Source of the DNA: an uncultured Chloroflexia bacterium
GTDB taxonomy: Bacteria; Chloroflexota; Anaerolineae; Caldilineales; Caldilineaceae
Direction: 5' to 3'
DNA: 64,000 nt
Assembly: GCA_963821815.1 (NCBI GenBank)
Contig: CAWGFG010000005.1
Location: 26,956 to 90,955 of the forward strand
In this document: positions 51,182 through 61,631 of the stretch, piece after piece
Layout: the number at the start of each line of letters is the position of its first letter
How positions within the stretch are numbered: the first letter of the stretch is position 1
Program-made: the position numbers and the translations under genes
The notes under the pieces: model-generated
Seen by the model: the letters and a program-made list of their open reading frames with translations, nothing else
Database searches by the model: none
Told to the model about the DNA's origin: nothing

Positions 51182-51492
51182 AGTACACACTCCTTTCACA
51201 TAATTATACAACATTATAGCCTGGTCTGGTCTGGTTTACATGTGCAGAGATATGGACTTGTCGTTATCGTAATCTATATCTATGAAAGGGCGCAGTATTT
51301 GGAATGCCACCGTTCAGATGAGCATAGAGATCGTGCAGGTCTTCCGGTTCGCTTGAGTCGATATAGCGTGGGATGTTTTGGTCTAGTCTAGTGTCCGGGT
51401 CAATGTCAACCACACGCGTCATGGCATTGCAGTAGACCAGAACGAATCAGGGATCATACTTATATTGAGTAGACTGTCTCATTGTCTGTATC

Positions 51493-51900
51493 TCAGGAAG
51501 AAGACGCTCTTGGGTCCAAATACCGATATACTGTTGTCTTAGAGATCCCGTACCAAAAGTGCGGATGAACCCCCAAATCGGGGCACCAGTGAAGATCAGT
51601 ACTGTCGAAGAAAGCCAAGAAGACCCGTTTGGGCGGTTCATCTGAGCGTGGATGGGACCCGACCAGCCACGCCAAGTGCCCCTCCAGTGCCAGTTGCTGG
51701 AGCTGTGCAATTCGCTGGCGTTTGACCTGATAGAGCGGGTCAGGAGGATAGACACGCAACTTGGCGCGTCGCCGGCGGATATCGACACAGCGCAGGATCC
51801 TTGCAATGGCCGACTGCGTGGACTCGATCTGATGGTAGCCTTGAGATGCTGCCTGGGTCTTGCTTGCTTCCAGTTGTGGGCTTTGGTCTCCAACAATGGC
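51493..51900 (-). pseudogene. IS630-like transposase fragment
   Basis: ...AIARILRCVDIRRRRAKLRVYPPDPLYQVKRQRIAQL....VFLAFFDSTDLHWCPDLG resembles the HTH-to-DDE linker of IS630/Tc1-type transposases. Confidence 0.35.
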
Positions 51901-52063
51901 AGGTCGGCAGGAGACTGGGCCAGCGCCAGGCGTAGAGCCGCCAGGAAAATATCGGTTGCATTTCATTGTGGCATCCAGTATACTTGTAGTTAACATGTTG
52001 TCCATCATCTTGGACAACACTTTGATGCAAATTGCCGTCTGACCGATGCAAGGAAATCGTCCT

Positions 52064-52396
52064 ATGCCCAAGACCGTGACGTCCAGTGAAGCCAAGACTC
52101 GCTTTGGCCAACTTGTGAAATGGACAGCAGAACATCGAGATCAGGTCATCGTCAAGCTGTATGGCGAGCCTATGGCGGTGCTCATGTCCTTTTCCGAATA
52201 CGAAGAAGTGGAGAAACTGCGTAAACGCGAGCGGAAGCGCAAAGCGCTCGATGCGCTTGATGCGCTGCGCCAAGAGGCGCGAAATCAGAATCCGGACCTA
52301 TCTGCCGAAGAAGCCTACCGGTTTGCAGGTTTCTCTGAAGAGGTCGTTCAGGAGACAGTCCAGGCTGATGAAGAGTTGGCTTCATCGCAGCGGTGA
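52064..52396 (+). CDS. Phd/YefM-family antitoxin
   Basis: MPKTVTSSEAKTRFGQLVKWTAEHRDQVIVKLYGEPMAVLMSFSEYE. AAGGAA RBS. Its stop overlaps the PIN start. Confidence 0.85.
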   Translation: MPKTVTSSEAKTRFGQLVKWTAEHRDQVIVKLYGEPMAVLMSFSEYEEVEKLRKRERKRKALDALDALRQEARNQNPDLSAEEAYRFAGFSEEVVQETVQADEELASSQR

Positions 52397-52833
52397 GAGT
52401 CCTCATCGATACCAACGTCTTCCTGAGCTACATTCTTGCGCCTGCGGAGCCGCGGGTAGTCACGACCGTGATCACGATGTGCCTCACAGATGACGATATC
52501 GACCTATTGATCCCGCCTGAGCAGATCAGCGAGATAACCGCAACCGTCACCGGGAAACGGTACTTCCGTGAGCACATACCTCTCACTCTTATCGACGATC
52601 TCGTGGCCCAGCTCATGGCGTTAGGCGACATGCTGCCGCGCCTGGACGAGATCGCATCGTTCAGTCGCGACCCAAAAGACGACTATCTAGTCGCCTATGG
52701 TATCGTCAATGAAGCTGAATATCTTATCACTGGCGATCAAGATCTTCTCGTCTTGGACAGAGTCGGAGAGCTACAGGTACTCTCACCTGCGGCGTTCCTA
52801 GAAGCTACCCGCCGCCTGAAGCTTCTGCCTTAG
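52393..52833 (+). CDS. PIN-domain toxin (TIGR00305-like)
   Basis: VLIDTNVFLSYIL...SRDPKDDYLVAYGIVNEAEYLITGDQDLL. GTG start overlaps the antitoxin stop. Confidence 0.85.
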   Translation: MRVLIDTNVFLSYILAPAEPRVVTTVITMCLTDDDIDLLIPPEQISEITATVTGKRYFREHIPLTLIDDLVAQLMALGDMLPRLDEIASFSRDPKDDYLVAYGIVNEAEYLITGDQDLLVLDRVGELQVLSPAAFLEATRRLKLLP

Positions 52834-53653
52834 ATTCGCAGAATTGAGCCTGTAGAAAAAGTAAAAAGTGTGGTTTCCTGTCCACCGTTCCATAGAAGAG
52901 TGGCAGGGTATAAAGGCTACCCGAAACCGCACCATTCCCAATGGGAATCATCCGGCTTGTGTTGAACGGAACAACACTCTTCGAACCGCCATTCGACAAG
53001 ACTTTCAGCCACTGCGGAGACAGAACAAAGGGGCGGCCGGTTGTTTGGTGACTTGCACAGCCCTTGACTCTGGCGAGCAATTGCTAAGCTTCAAGTCGAT
53101 GGCCGTTCGAAATGCTAGCGTGATTGTTCCTTTCGCAAGCGGCAGACCGCAGGAGTTGTGCGGGCGTTCGATCCTGGTCCGCCCATAGAGAAAACGCTGT
53201 TGGAGAAAGGGAGTAGGAATGTCGCATATTCCCAAAACTGATGCCGGTCTTCTATGAAGGGTGAAGTGAGCTGTTGCCATCCATCACTTCAACGCAATCG
53301 CGTACCGTCTCTGGCATCGTACGGCGCGCCTTATCTTTTGACGTTGTGAATGATGACAAATAGACGCCGCAATTGCCCCGCAGGAGGAGTATCCTAGCGT
53401 TCAGGAAGTTCAAACATCCAGCCTGGCTGACAGATGATAGAACCCTCGAGTTATCGAGCGCTACAGCAAACCATTACCGAGTGTGTGACGACTGATCGGG
53501 GTCTGTTGGATGGGCTACGCTCGGAAGTCAGAACCCTGCGATCCAAGACGCGGCGCATCCGATCCCGCGTCGGGTCCACGGTTTCTTTGGTGGGTGCGGG
53601 TGACCTGCTCCATCGCTTTAGCGGGATCAGCAGGTCACATGGAGGTGCAGACT

Positions 53654-53848
53654 ATGATGAGCAAGAAGGGCTTCGCAGCGATTAAAACACTGAATAAGCG
53701 TGGTGTCTATCAGAAGGACATCGCAGAACAGGTGGGCGTACATCCCAGGACCGTGAGCAACTCCTACCGAAACGGCGACAAACCGCTTGCGCTGACAAAG
53801 GGGGCTCTGTTGCAGGAGAAACTATTTAGACATCTTAATACTTCATGA
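53654..53848 (+). pseudogene. IS21 IstA N-terminal HTH stub, copy B
   Basis: MMSKKGFAAIKTLNKRGVYQKDIAEQVGVHPRTVS. The frame is still open, as in unit A. Confidence 0.55.
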
Positions 53849-53855
53849 TAGGCAG

Positions 53856-54146
53856 TCAGTTCTTCGTCTGATACTCCCACTGCCACGTTCGCGTCAAGCT
53901 CCTGACTCTGTGTGTCACCAGAGGTTTGTATATGTATCTGCTGTTCGAGGCTTTACGGCTACAATGATCACCCTGTCGCCCTTCACCTGATAGATGATAC
54001 GCCAGCCATCGATCTGGATACGGCGCAAAACCTGCCAATTCCCGGCCTAATGCCTTACTATCAGGTGGCCTTGGCTCCACTTGCAGATCGAGAATCATCT
54101 CCAGCATGTCTTTGCTCAGGCGAGGGGGCACCGTACGCAAGGCCAC
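53856..54146 (-). pseudogene. RelE/ParE toxin, frameshifted copy
   Basis: Matches unit A through ...PPDSKALGRELAG (1-2 substitutions), then goes out of frame. The adjacent Phd copy (about 54160..54450) has no intact ORF. Confidence 0.7.
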
Positions 54147-54678
54147 CTGTGCCTTGTTTGTTAGCTCAAGTTGGTACTGAATTGCCGATCAAGGCCCGGA
54201 GGCCTGCCTCGTCGAATGGGGTGGTTGAGTTCTCGCCTCGCTCCAGTTCCAGTAGCCCTCCAACCCGGTCACAAGATCGACCAGGTCTTCTAGCCGTTCG
54301 GCGATTTTGTTCCACTGTCGGGCGAAACGATGACAGCCACAGGTTTGCCCTTGCTGGACAGCATGACCGGACTCTCTTTTGCCTTGTTGATTACATCCAG
54401 ATGCCGATGGCGAAGATCGCTAACCGTTGCCGTCTGCGGTAGTTTATCCAGGATTGCACCTCGTATGTCATTAAAATGTCATCTAGTGATATTGTAGCAG
54501 GTAAAAGATTCGAAGTCGATCGTTCACCGCCAATATTGAACTCCCAGAAACGCCATCGGAGGTCCATAGAAAAGTGCCAGGGGATTCTCCTTTTCAAAGG
54601 GGATGGGAATGGCGCGCTCTCCTGGTTTTCCGTTAGTTTTACACATTTCATCTAGTCCAGTACCATACCAGAACGACG

Positions 54679-55150
54679 GTGAAACGCACTCGACATTCTG
54701 CCTACGAAATCAACTATCACTTCGTCTGGGTTCCGCTATACCGGCGACCGGTTCTGGTTGACGCTGTAGCGTCTCGACTGGTTGAGTTGCTCCAAGAAAA
54801 GAGTCACGAACTTGAGGGTGAGATTTTGCATGTGAGCGTACAGCCTGATAGCCATCGAGGAGTTGAATCTGGCGTTTATGACCCGCAACGGCCATTTGTC
54901 CCTGTCCGCACACGATGCGGCGTTGGGCATGTCCCGGCAATTGTTGAGCTACAAAGTCGAAAATACTGGTAGCCGGCTCGTTGTTGTGGACCCGCACAAC
55001 ACGAGCCAAGCGTGTAGCGGTTGTGGGGTGATGGTCGCCAAAGGTCTGAACGTTCGTACCCATCATTGTCCGGACTGTGGCGTTGAGATCGATCGGGATG
55101 TCAACGCTGCTCGGAATTTCTCGCCCGCGGACTGCGGGTTGAGGCGCTAA
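54679..55150 (+). pseudogene. tnpA-tnpB deletion fusion
   Basis: TnpA residues 1-57 (the ATG is mutated) are joined at CCTGA (about 54844) to the TnpB C-terminus (IAIEELNLAF...CSGCG..CPDCG..DRDVNAARN). Confidence 0.8.
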
Positions 55151-55374
55151 CGTATCCGGTTACGGACTGCGTAGCCTCAGAAGCTCCTCGCTTTAGCGGG
55201 GAGAGCAGGTCACGCGTACGCAATACAGGTTCGTCTACTGCAGGACTCTGCTGATCTTCCAGATATGAAATGGTTTTGTGCTCAAGAAGCCGCAAGCAGC
55301 AAGGTTAAATCTCATGGTTCAGATTGAGCGGCAAAGCAGAGATGATTCAGAAAGGCTAGGTCGAGTCTCCCTAT

Positions 55375-57567
55375 TTGATAGCGTGTTGGCCCGGGTTCGT
55401 CACGGGGAGTTCACGTCAGAAGAAGGCTGCTAAAGAGCTGCTTGCGCGACTGAATCAAAAGGAGCGGCTCGGGATGCTTGACGGGGATCAGCGTCTATGG
55501 CCTGGCCTCGGTGCTTTCTTCCTCAGGGGATACAATCATAAACCCCTTATCGCCGGCGCAGTGGAACGGCTGGGCATCCCCGGTATCCGCTTTACCGACG
55601 GACCGCGGGGCGTGGTCATCGGTCGCTGCCACATGCTTCCCGGTCACCTCTGCCCGTGGCGCCAGCTGGGACAGTGCGCTCGAAGAAGAGATCGGGCGGG
55701 CCATCGGCATCGAGGCTCGTGCACAGGGAGCCAACCTCTTCGGTGGTATCTCTGCTGACGTGCTCCGCCACCCAAAATGGGGACGTGCACAGGAGAGCTA
55801 CGGCGAGGATCCGGTTCATGTCGGCTTGATGGGTGCAGCACTTACCACAGGAGTGCGCAAGCACGTCATGGCCTGCGTGAAACACTTTGCCCTTTACGCT
55901 ATCGAGCAGTCCCGGTTTTCTGTTGACGTCGCGGTCGACGAAGTGGCGATGCACGAAGGATTATCTGCCTCCATTTCGCACCGTAATCGAGGCTGGTGCT
56001 GACGCTGTGATGAGCGCATACAACTCCGTAAACGGCGAGTGGGCTGGACAGAACCGTAGCTTGCTCACGGATATTCTCCGCGACGAATGGGGATTCAGAG
56101 GCTTCGTCATTTCCGATTTCATCTGGGGATTCCGGGACGCCGTGAAGTCACTGCTGGCAGGACTCGATGTAGAAATGCCATTTTCGCAAATGCGCGCCCG
56201 AAAACTGCCTGCTGCGCTACGGGAGGGTAGACTATCGCCGGAGGTTGTCGACCGGGCCGCGCTTCGCGTCTTAGCCGCACAGTTGCGCCACTACGCGACT
56301 ATTGATGAACTCGTTCCATCCACAGAGGTGCTCGTATGCGAGCAGCACCGTGCGCTCGCTCGGAAGGCCGCTGCTTCGGGCATGGTGCTCCTGCGCAACG
56401 AGCCCGATGGAGATGGACAGGCGCCACTTCTTCCGCTAGGCACGGACATTGAGTCCATAGCCGTGCTCGGTACCCTCGCCGATCAAGCAAACCTCGGCGA
56501 TAGCGGCTCTTCCGCTGTCGATCCGCCGTACGGGGTCAGTCCGCTGTCCGGCGTTCGCGCAATGATGCCAAATGCTCGCGTCGAATATTACCCAGGTAGC
56601 GATGTGGCTGCCGCTGCGGAACTGGCACGCCGTGCCCATATCGCGCTTGTCGTAGTGGGCTGGGATGGCAACGGGGAGGGCGAGGCGCTCGTCGTCAACG
56701 ACCCAGACGCAGCGTCGATGATGGGGCCTACCTTTGCAAACAAGCTAGTATCCAACATCTTCATCGGGTCGCTTAGGTTGATCACCAAGGCAAAGCTGTT
56801 TCCCATGGGAGGCGACCGGGAACGTCTGACGTTGTCGAAGCATGAGGAGCATCTCATACGGTCGGTGGTTGCCGCCAATAAGCGAACGATTGTCGTCATT
56901 GTCAGCGGCAGCGTAGCCGTGATTGAATCATGGCGCGATCAGGTTCCGGCGATTGTGATGGCCTGGTATCCTGGCATGGAAGGCGGCAATGCGCTCGGCG
57001 ACATCCTTACCGGCATCGTGGAGCCGGGTGGTCGTTTGCCCGCCGCTATACCCGCTGATCCCGCACATTTACCGGATTTCGACAACACGTCGCGCCACGT
57101 GCGCTACGATCGTTGGTGGGGTCAGAGGAAGCTCGACCGGGATGGTCACTTGGCAGCGTTTCCGTTTGGCTTTGGACTGGGATATACGACGTTCGAACTG
57201 AGTGATCTCACTGTGAAGGTCCATCTGGGAACCGCAATGGGCGCCGATGTAGGCTCCCTTGCGGCGAGTGTAACTGTCCGCAATACCGGCGAACGCAGAG
57301 GTTCTACGGTCGTACAGTTGTACGCTGTGGCTGACACTGCCTCTTCAGCAGACCGTCCGCGTCGCCAATTACTCGGTTTTTCGAAGGTAGAAGTTGACGT
57401 TGGTGAAGGTTGCGTTGTTTCACTCCGAGGCACATTACTGCCACTGGCACGGCGTGATGTCACTACGCGTATGCTGGTCCCTTGTAGCAGGAAACTACCG
57501 TCTGGAGGCAGCACAGTACAGTGGCGACCCCAACGCCGCAACGACTACAATTATTCTCCACGCGTAG
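55375..57567 (+). pseudogene. glycoside hydrolase family 3 (beta-glucosidase-like), at least four frame changes
   Basis: GIPGIRFTDGPRGV, KHFALY, VMSAYNSVNGEW, FRGFVISDF, GYTTFE and the C-terminal VAGNYRLEAAQYSGDP lie in different frames. Confidence 0.85.
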
Positions 57568-58089
57568 GCGTTCGCCTGACTTGGGCGAGCGTGGCACAGC
57601 CGACTCGAGCACGTGGGCTTCGGTCTTCACGCTGTCTAGGGAATCTTCAGAACTACTGACATCAGTATTTCTAACAACGTCTCGTATTTTAAACTGCGTC
57701 TGCAGACAGACGAATATCCGTATTCTGACGCGCATTCGCTAAGCAGGATACCAAATGTGGTATGGAGAATCATTCCGCTCGGGTATCTACCGGCGACTGC
57801 AGTGTCGTCCAGACAATGCCCGTGACCGACAACAGCGCCGACAGGATGGTCGCCGGCCGCCAACGACGCAGTTCTGTCACACGGCGGCTCACACGTCGAA
57901 GCTTCCAGAAGAGTAAGACCACGATGGACAGCCTGATCCATCCATGGATCACAAAGAGCAGGCGGCCTTGCGGCCTGCCCACGGTAAAAGAGATCAAACC
58001 GGTCACAACTTCGAACAGACCAGTACCAAGAGCGCCCAGTCAACGGCGCGTGCGCTCATCCCCATGTCGTATTGTGATCTCGCTTCGCT

Positions 58090-58656
58090 TTACAGCGCAT
58101 CATCTACAGCGCGGCGAAGCGCTTGGCCCTTTTCCTCATCGAAAGCCCCAACTGTCCTCCAGAGAATATTCCCAGTGCGATCGACGAGTAGGATGTGGAC
58201 ATCGTTCTTGTTAGCAATGCCGGTTGCCTGCATAAATTGATCCAGGTCGACGTAGAGCGTGACCGTTCTTTCGCGCGCCTTGGGATCGGGAATGCCGGCG
58301 CGCATGCCCTCATTGACGAACGTGCGTGAGACCGTGGGCATACGGTAGATGGTAGGAAGCTCGTAGTAAACGAGCCCCGACATGGACGATTCCAGCATCT
58401 CGGCATAGGGGATCCAGGTATTAACCACGGTCTGCTGCTCCCGCAGGAAGGGCACAAAGAGCAGGTTGAGTTCTCCGGCGAAATCGCGGGGGAACTCCAG
58501 TTCTTGCCGGGCTAGGTTTGATCCTGAAACAGTGGGAAAACTTATGCCATCCTGGCTGACGGTCATCCGACTTGGGCGCACCGAAAATCGCCAGAGCAGG
58601 AGCAACAGGACAGCAGCGACCACAACCAGCAGTAGAAGGATTCTTATAATTGTCAT
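58090..58656 (-). CDS. membrane-anchored hypothetical protein, 188 aa
   Basis: An N-terminal TM helix (ILLLLVVVAAVLLLLLW) is followed by a soluble domain. The ORF is intact. Confidence 0.5.
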   Translation of the reverse strand: MTIIRILLLLVVVAAVLLLLLWRFSVRPSRMTVSQDGISFPTVSGSNLARQELEFPRDFAGELNLLFVPFLREQQTVVNTWIPYAEMLESSMSGLVYYELPTIYRMPTVSRTFVNEGMRAGIPDPKARERTVTLYVDLDQFMQATGIANKNDVHILLVDRTGNILWRTVGAFDEEKGQALRRAVDDAL

Positions 58657-58855
58657 GAATCGTATGGTCCCATCTCACCCCCTTTAAGATCTATGATCCC
58701 ACTATCGCACGTCGTCGTCAACCTCGTCAGCTTGCTGTATTTGACGTTGAGTACCTGCACCTACAGATTCTACAGGACGTTGAGTCTGGGTTCGTTTAGC
58801 GCACTGCCGTGGATAATCTGGCGAAGTTCGAATCGGCCGCACCAAACCCGGATGG

Positions 58856-58948
58856 TCACTCTTACTGCTGCGGACTGGATGCGCACAAGGAGACGGTGGT
58901 TGCCTGTGTCATCGTGCCTGGTCCCAAAGGTAAGCCATCGTTCTGAAT
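58856..58948 (+). mobile_element. IS110-family transposase N-terminal stump (second lineage)
   Basis: YCCGLDAHKETVVACVIVPGPKGKPSF* parallels residues 7-30 of the transposase at 24862. Confidence 0.6.
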
Positions 58949-61305
58949 GTGCGGAAGCAAAGCAGCAGCAACACCGTCACCGTAGCCGACGATGTGAACG
59001 AAGAACTGAACGCCATTCGAAGCGAGCATCCGAACCTGGATATTGCAGTGACCAGCGATCAGTCCATCCGAGTCAAGGAAGCCACTGGCGGCGCGCTAGA
59101 CGATCTGTTATATGCCGTGATCCTGGCGTCCATCGTCATGTTCATCTTTTTCAAAGATATCCGTAACACGTTGGTCACGATTGCGGGTTTGCCCGTGATC
59201 CTGATCAGCACGCTCTTCTTTATGTCTCTCTTCGACATCTCGTTGAACCAAATTTCTCTGCTGGCGTTGGCGTTGGTGGTGGGTTTGGTCATTGACGACG
59301 GCATTGTTGTGCGCGAAAACATTCTTCGCTGGGTGGAAAAAGGATATTCACCACGAGTGGCGGCTGACTCGGGACGGCGGAAGTCGCGATGCCCGTGATT
59401 GCCATCAGCGTAACCATCCTCGCTGTTTTCCTGCCCGTAGCCTTTGCCCAAGGCATTATCGGCAAATTCTTCTTGGATTTCGGGTTGACCGTTTCGATTG
59501 CCGTGACCCTCTCCATTTTTGAAGCGATGACCATGGCGCCTATGCTCAGCGCCTATTTCTTCAAGAAAGACAAGAAGGACGTTATCGACGTGGAGGACTT
59601 GAGTGAACTGGACAATCTGGATGAGAAGAATTACGCAATCGAGGATGAAATTGAAGAAGCCAGCGGCCAAACAAGGGCGTCTCAGCCGCGGCTACGGCGC
59701 ATTTCTAGACTGGACGCTGCGCCATAAGCTAGTGGCTGGCGTGAGCGCAATCCTCATCATCGCGGTCAGTTTCTATAGTGTCACGCTGATCCAGTTCAGC
59801 TTCCTGCCGGAAATGGAGGCGTCTGAGTTCACCATCACTATGTCCATGCCAGGCGGCACGCCCCAGGACTTGACGGCGGTTGAAGCCGTAGCGGTGGAGA
59901 ACATCTTACGTGAGCATCCCGCGACCTCCGATGTTGTCACCGTGATTGGTGAACAGGGAGCGCCGGAAGAGGCTACATTCACGGTCGCCCTGAAGGACGA
60001 CCTGAGCAAGGAGGTTACGGCTGACACGGTGATGGAAGATCTGCGTCAGCCGCTGGCCGATGTGCCGGGCGTCATCATGAATACGGCAGGGAATGAACTG
60101 ATCGGCGCCGACACCGACATTACGATCGAGGTCATTGTCGTGCAGGGGGTGGATACAGCGAACTGGGCAGCCAGGCTGAATATGTCGCCGAACAGATTGC
60201 CGCCTTGCCAGACTTGACCGACATTGATGTGAGTTATAAGTCCGGGCGCCCTGAAATGCAGTTGAACATTGACCGCCAGCCACGCGTCTGACCTTGGTCT
60301 GAGCCCGGCGCAAATCGCTTCTACCGTGCGATTGCTGCTCAACGGCGACGTAGCGACCACCTTCCGCGGCGAAGGCGCGGACGCCGATATCCGGGTCCAA
60401 CTGGCAGAAGAAGATCGGGCCAGCGCCCAAGATATTCTGAATATCAATCTCATGGCAATGAGCGGGCAACTGGTACCGCTGCGCAATGTGGCCGAGATGG
60501 ATGTGGCGACCAGCCCGAACGCCATTTCCCGCTCCGATCGCATGCCAACCATCATCGTCAGCGCCAACGTAGCGAACGGCCGTTCAGTGCCCCTGGTTTC
60601 GCAACAAGTCGAGGAACTGCTCGAAGGCTTGGAACTATCTAGGGTACAGAACTGAGACTTGGCGGCACCGCCGATGATCTGAAAGATGCCCGCAGCAGCT
60701 TGCTGCTGGCCTTCGGCTTGGCCGTTATCTTTATCTATATGGTGTTAGCCAGTCAGTTCGGCAGCTTCATTCAACCCTTCATCATCATGTTGGCCATGCC
60801 GCTGGCGATTGTCGGCGCCATCCTAGCCCTACTGCTTACCGGCAAACCGCTGGATATGACGGCCATGATCGGTTTTATCATGCTGATGGGCTTGGTCGTC
60901 AAGAACTCTGTGCTGCTGGTGGACTTCGCCAATCGCGCCCGCAGAAAGGGTGCCAGTGCGGATGATGCCATGCGCATCGCCGGTCCCATCCGCCTGCGTC
61001 CGATTCTGATGACTGCCCTCTCCATGATTCTGGCAATGATCCCCATTGCGTGGGGCATGAATGAGGGAGGCGAGTTCCGCCAACCGATGGCCGTCGCCAT
61101 TCTGGGCGGCATGATTACAAGCACACTCTTGACCTTGCTGATCGTACCGCTTAGCTACGGAGCCGTGATTGGATTCCAGGATCGTCTCTTCGCACGACGC
61201 AGGGCGCGTCGTGCAGAGAAGGAGCAACGTGTGGCGGATCAGCAGGAGCGACATTCGCCAAGCCCACTTACGAATCGGGATGCCACGCTGTCGGTCAGCG
61301 ACTAG
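58949..61305 (+). pseudogene. RND (AcrB/HAE1-type) efflux permease, 5'-truncated and frameshifted
   Basis: Five consecutive ORFs in changing frames carry RND TM and porter segments (LVVGLVIDDGIVVRENI; FLPEMEASEF; MLAMPLAIVGAILALLLTG...VKNSVLLVDFA). About the first 300 aa are absent. Confidence 0.85.
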
Positions 61306-61338
61306 AGGTCCCGATTCAGCCTATGGCGCACGGACAGA

Positions 61339-61365
61339 GAGGCGCGACGTTAGCACTCGCGCCTC
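61339..61365 (+). terminator. GC-rich hairpin downstream of the RND remnant
   Basis: gaggcgcga-cgttagcac-tcgcgcctc (9-bp stem), nested inside cctatgg...ccatagg. No U-tract. Confidence 0.3.
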
Positions 61366-61631
61366 CCCTGGTCCCATAGGGTAGCTCGTGTAGGCGGGTA
61401 CGTGTAGGTGGGTTCGGGTCCAGAGGTTCGTGTTTGCATGGGAAGGAACCCATGCTCACAGAAGAATCGCTGCACCGATTTCAGAACGTTCTTGTGGCTA
61501 GGCTTGAACTTGGCTCAGAACAGTAAGAGAACGTGCTGACACAGGGCTGACGTCTGTTATTGAACACAAATGAGGGTATGAAAAATGACTGAACAAGCAG
61601 AATCTACACATTCCCAATTGGCAAACTCCAG

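Larger units (their letters stand above)
53600..55213 (+). mobile_element. Composite repeat unit B (internally deleted, decayed copy of unit A)
   Basis: Same left hairpin, istA stub, RelE/Phd (both frameshifted), tnpA-upstream motif (54564..54640) and right end. 1,003 bp spanning tnpA codon ~57 to mid-tnpB are missing. Confidence 0.8.

Noticed and set aside
53150-53190. GCGGGCGTTCGATCCTGGTCCGCCCA, resembling a tRNA 3' end
   Set aside because: The T-stem halves are not complementary and no upstream cloverleaf exists. This is probably coincidental GC-rich sequence.
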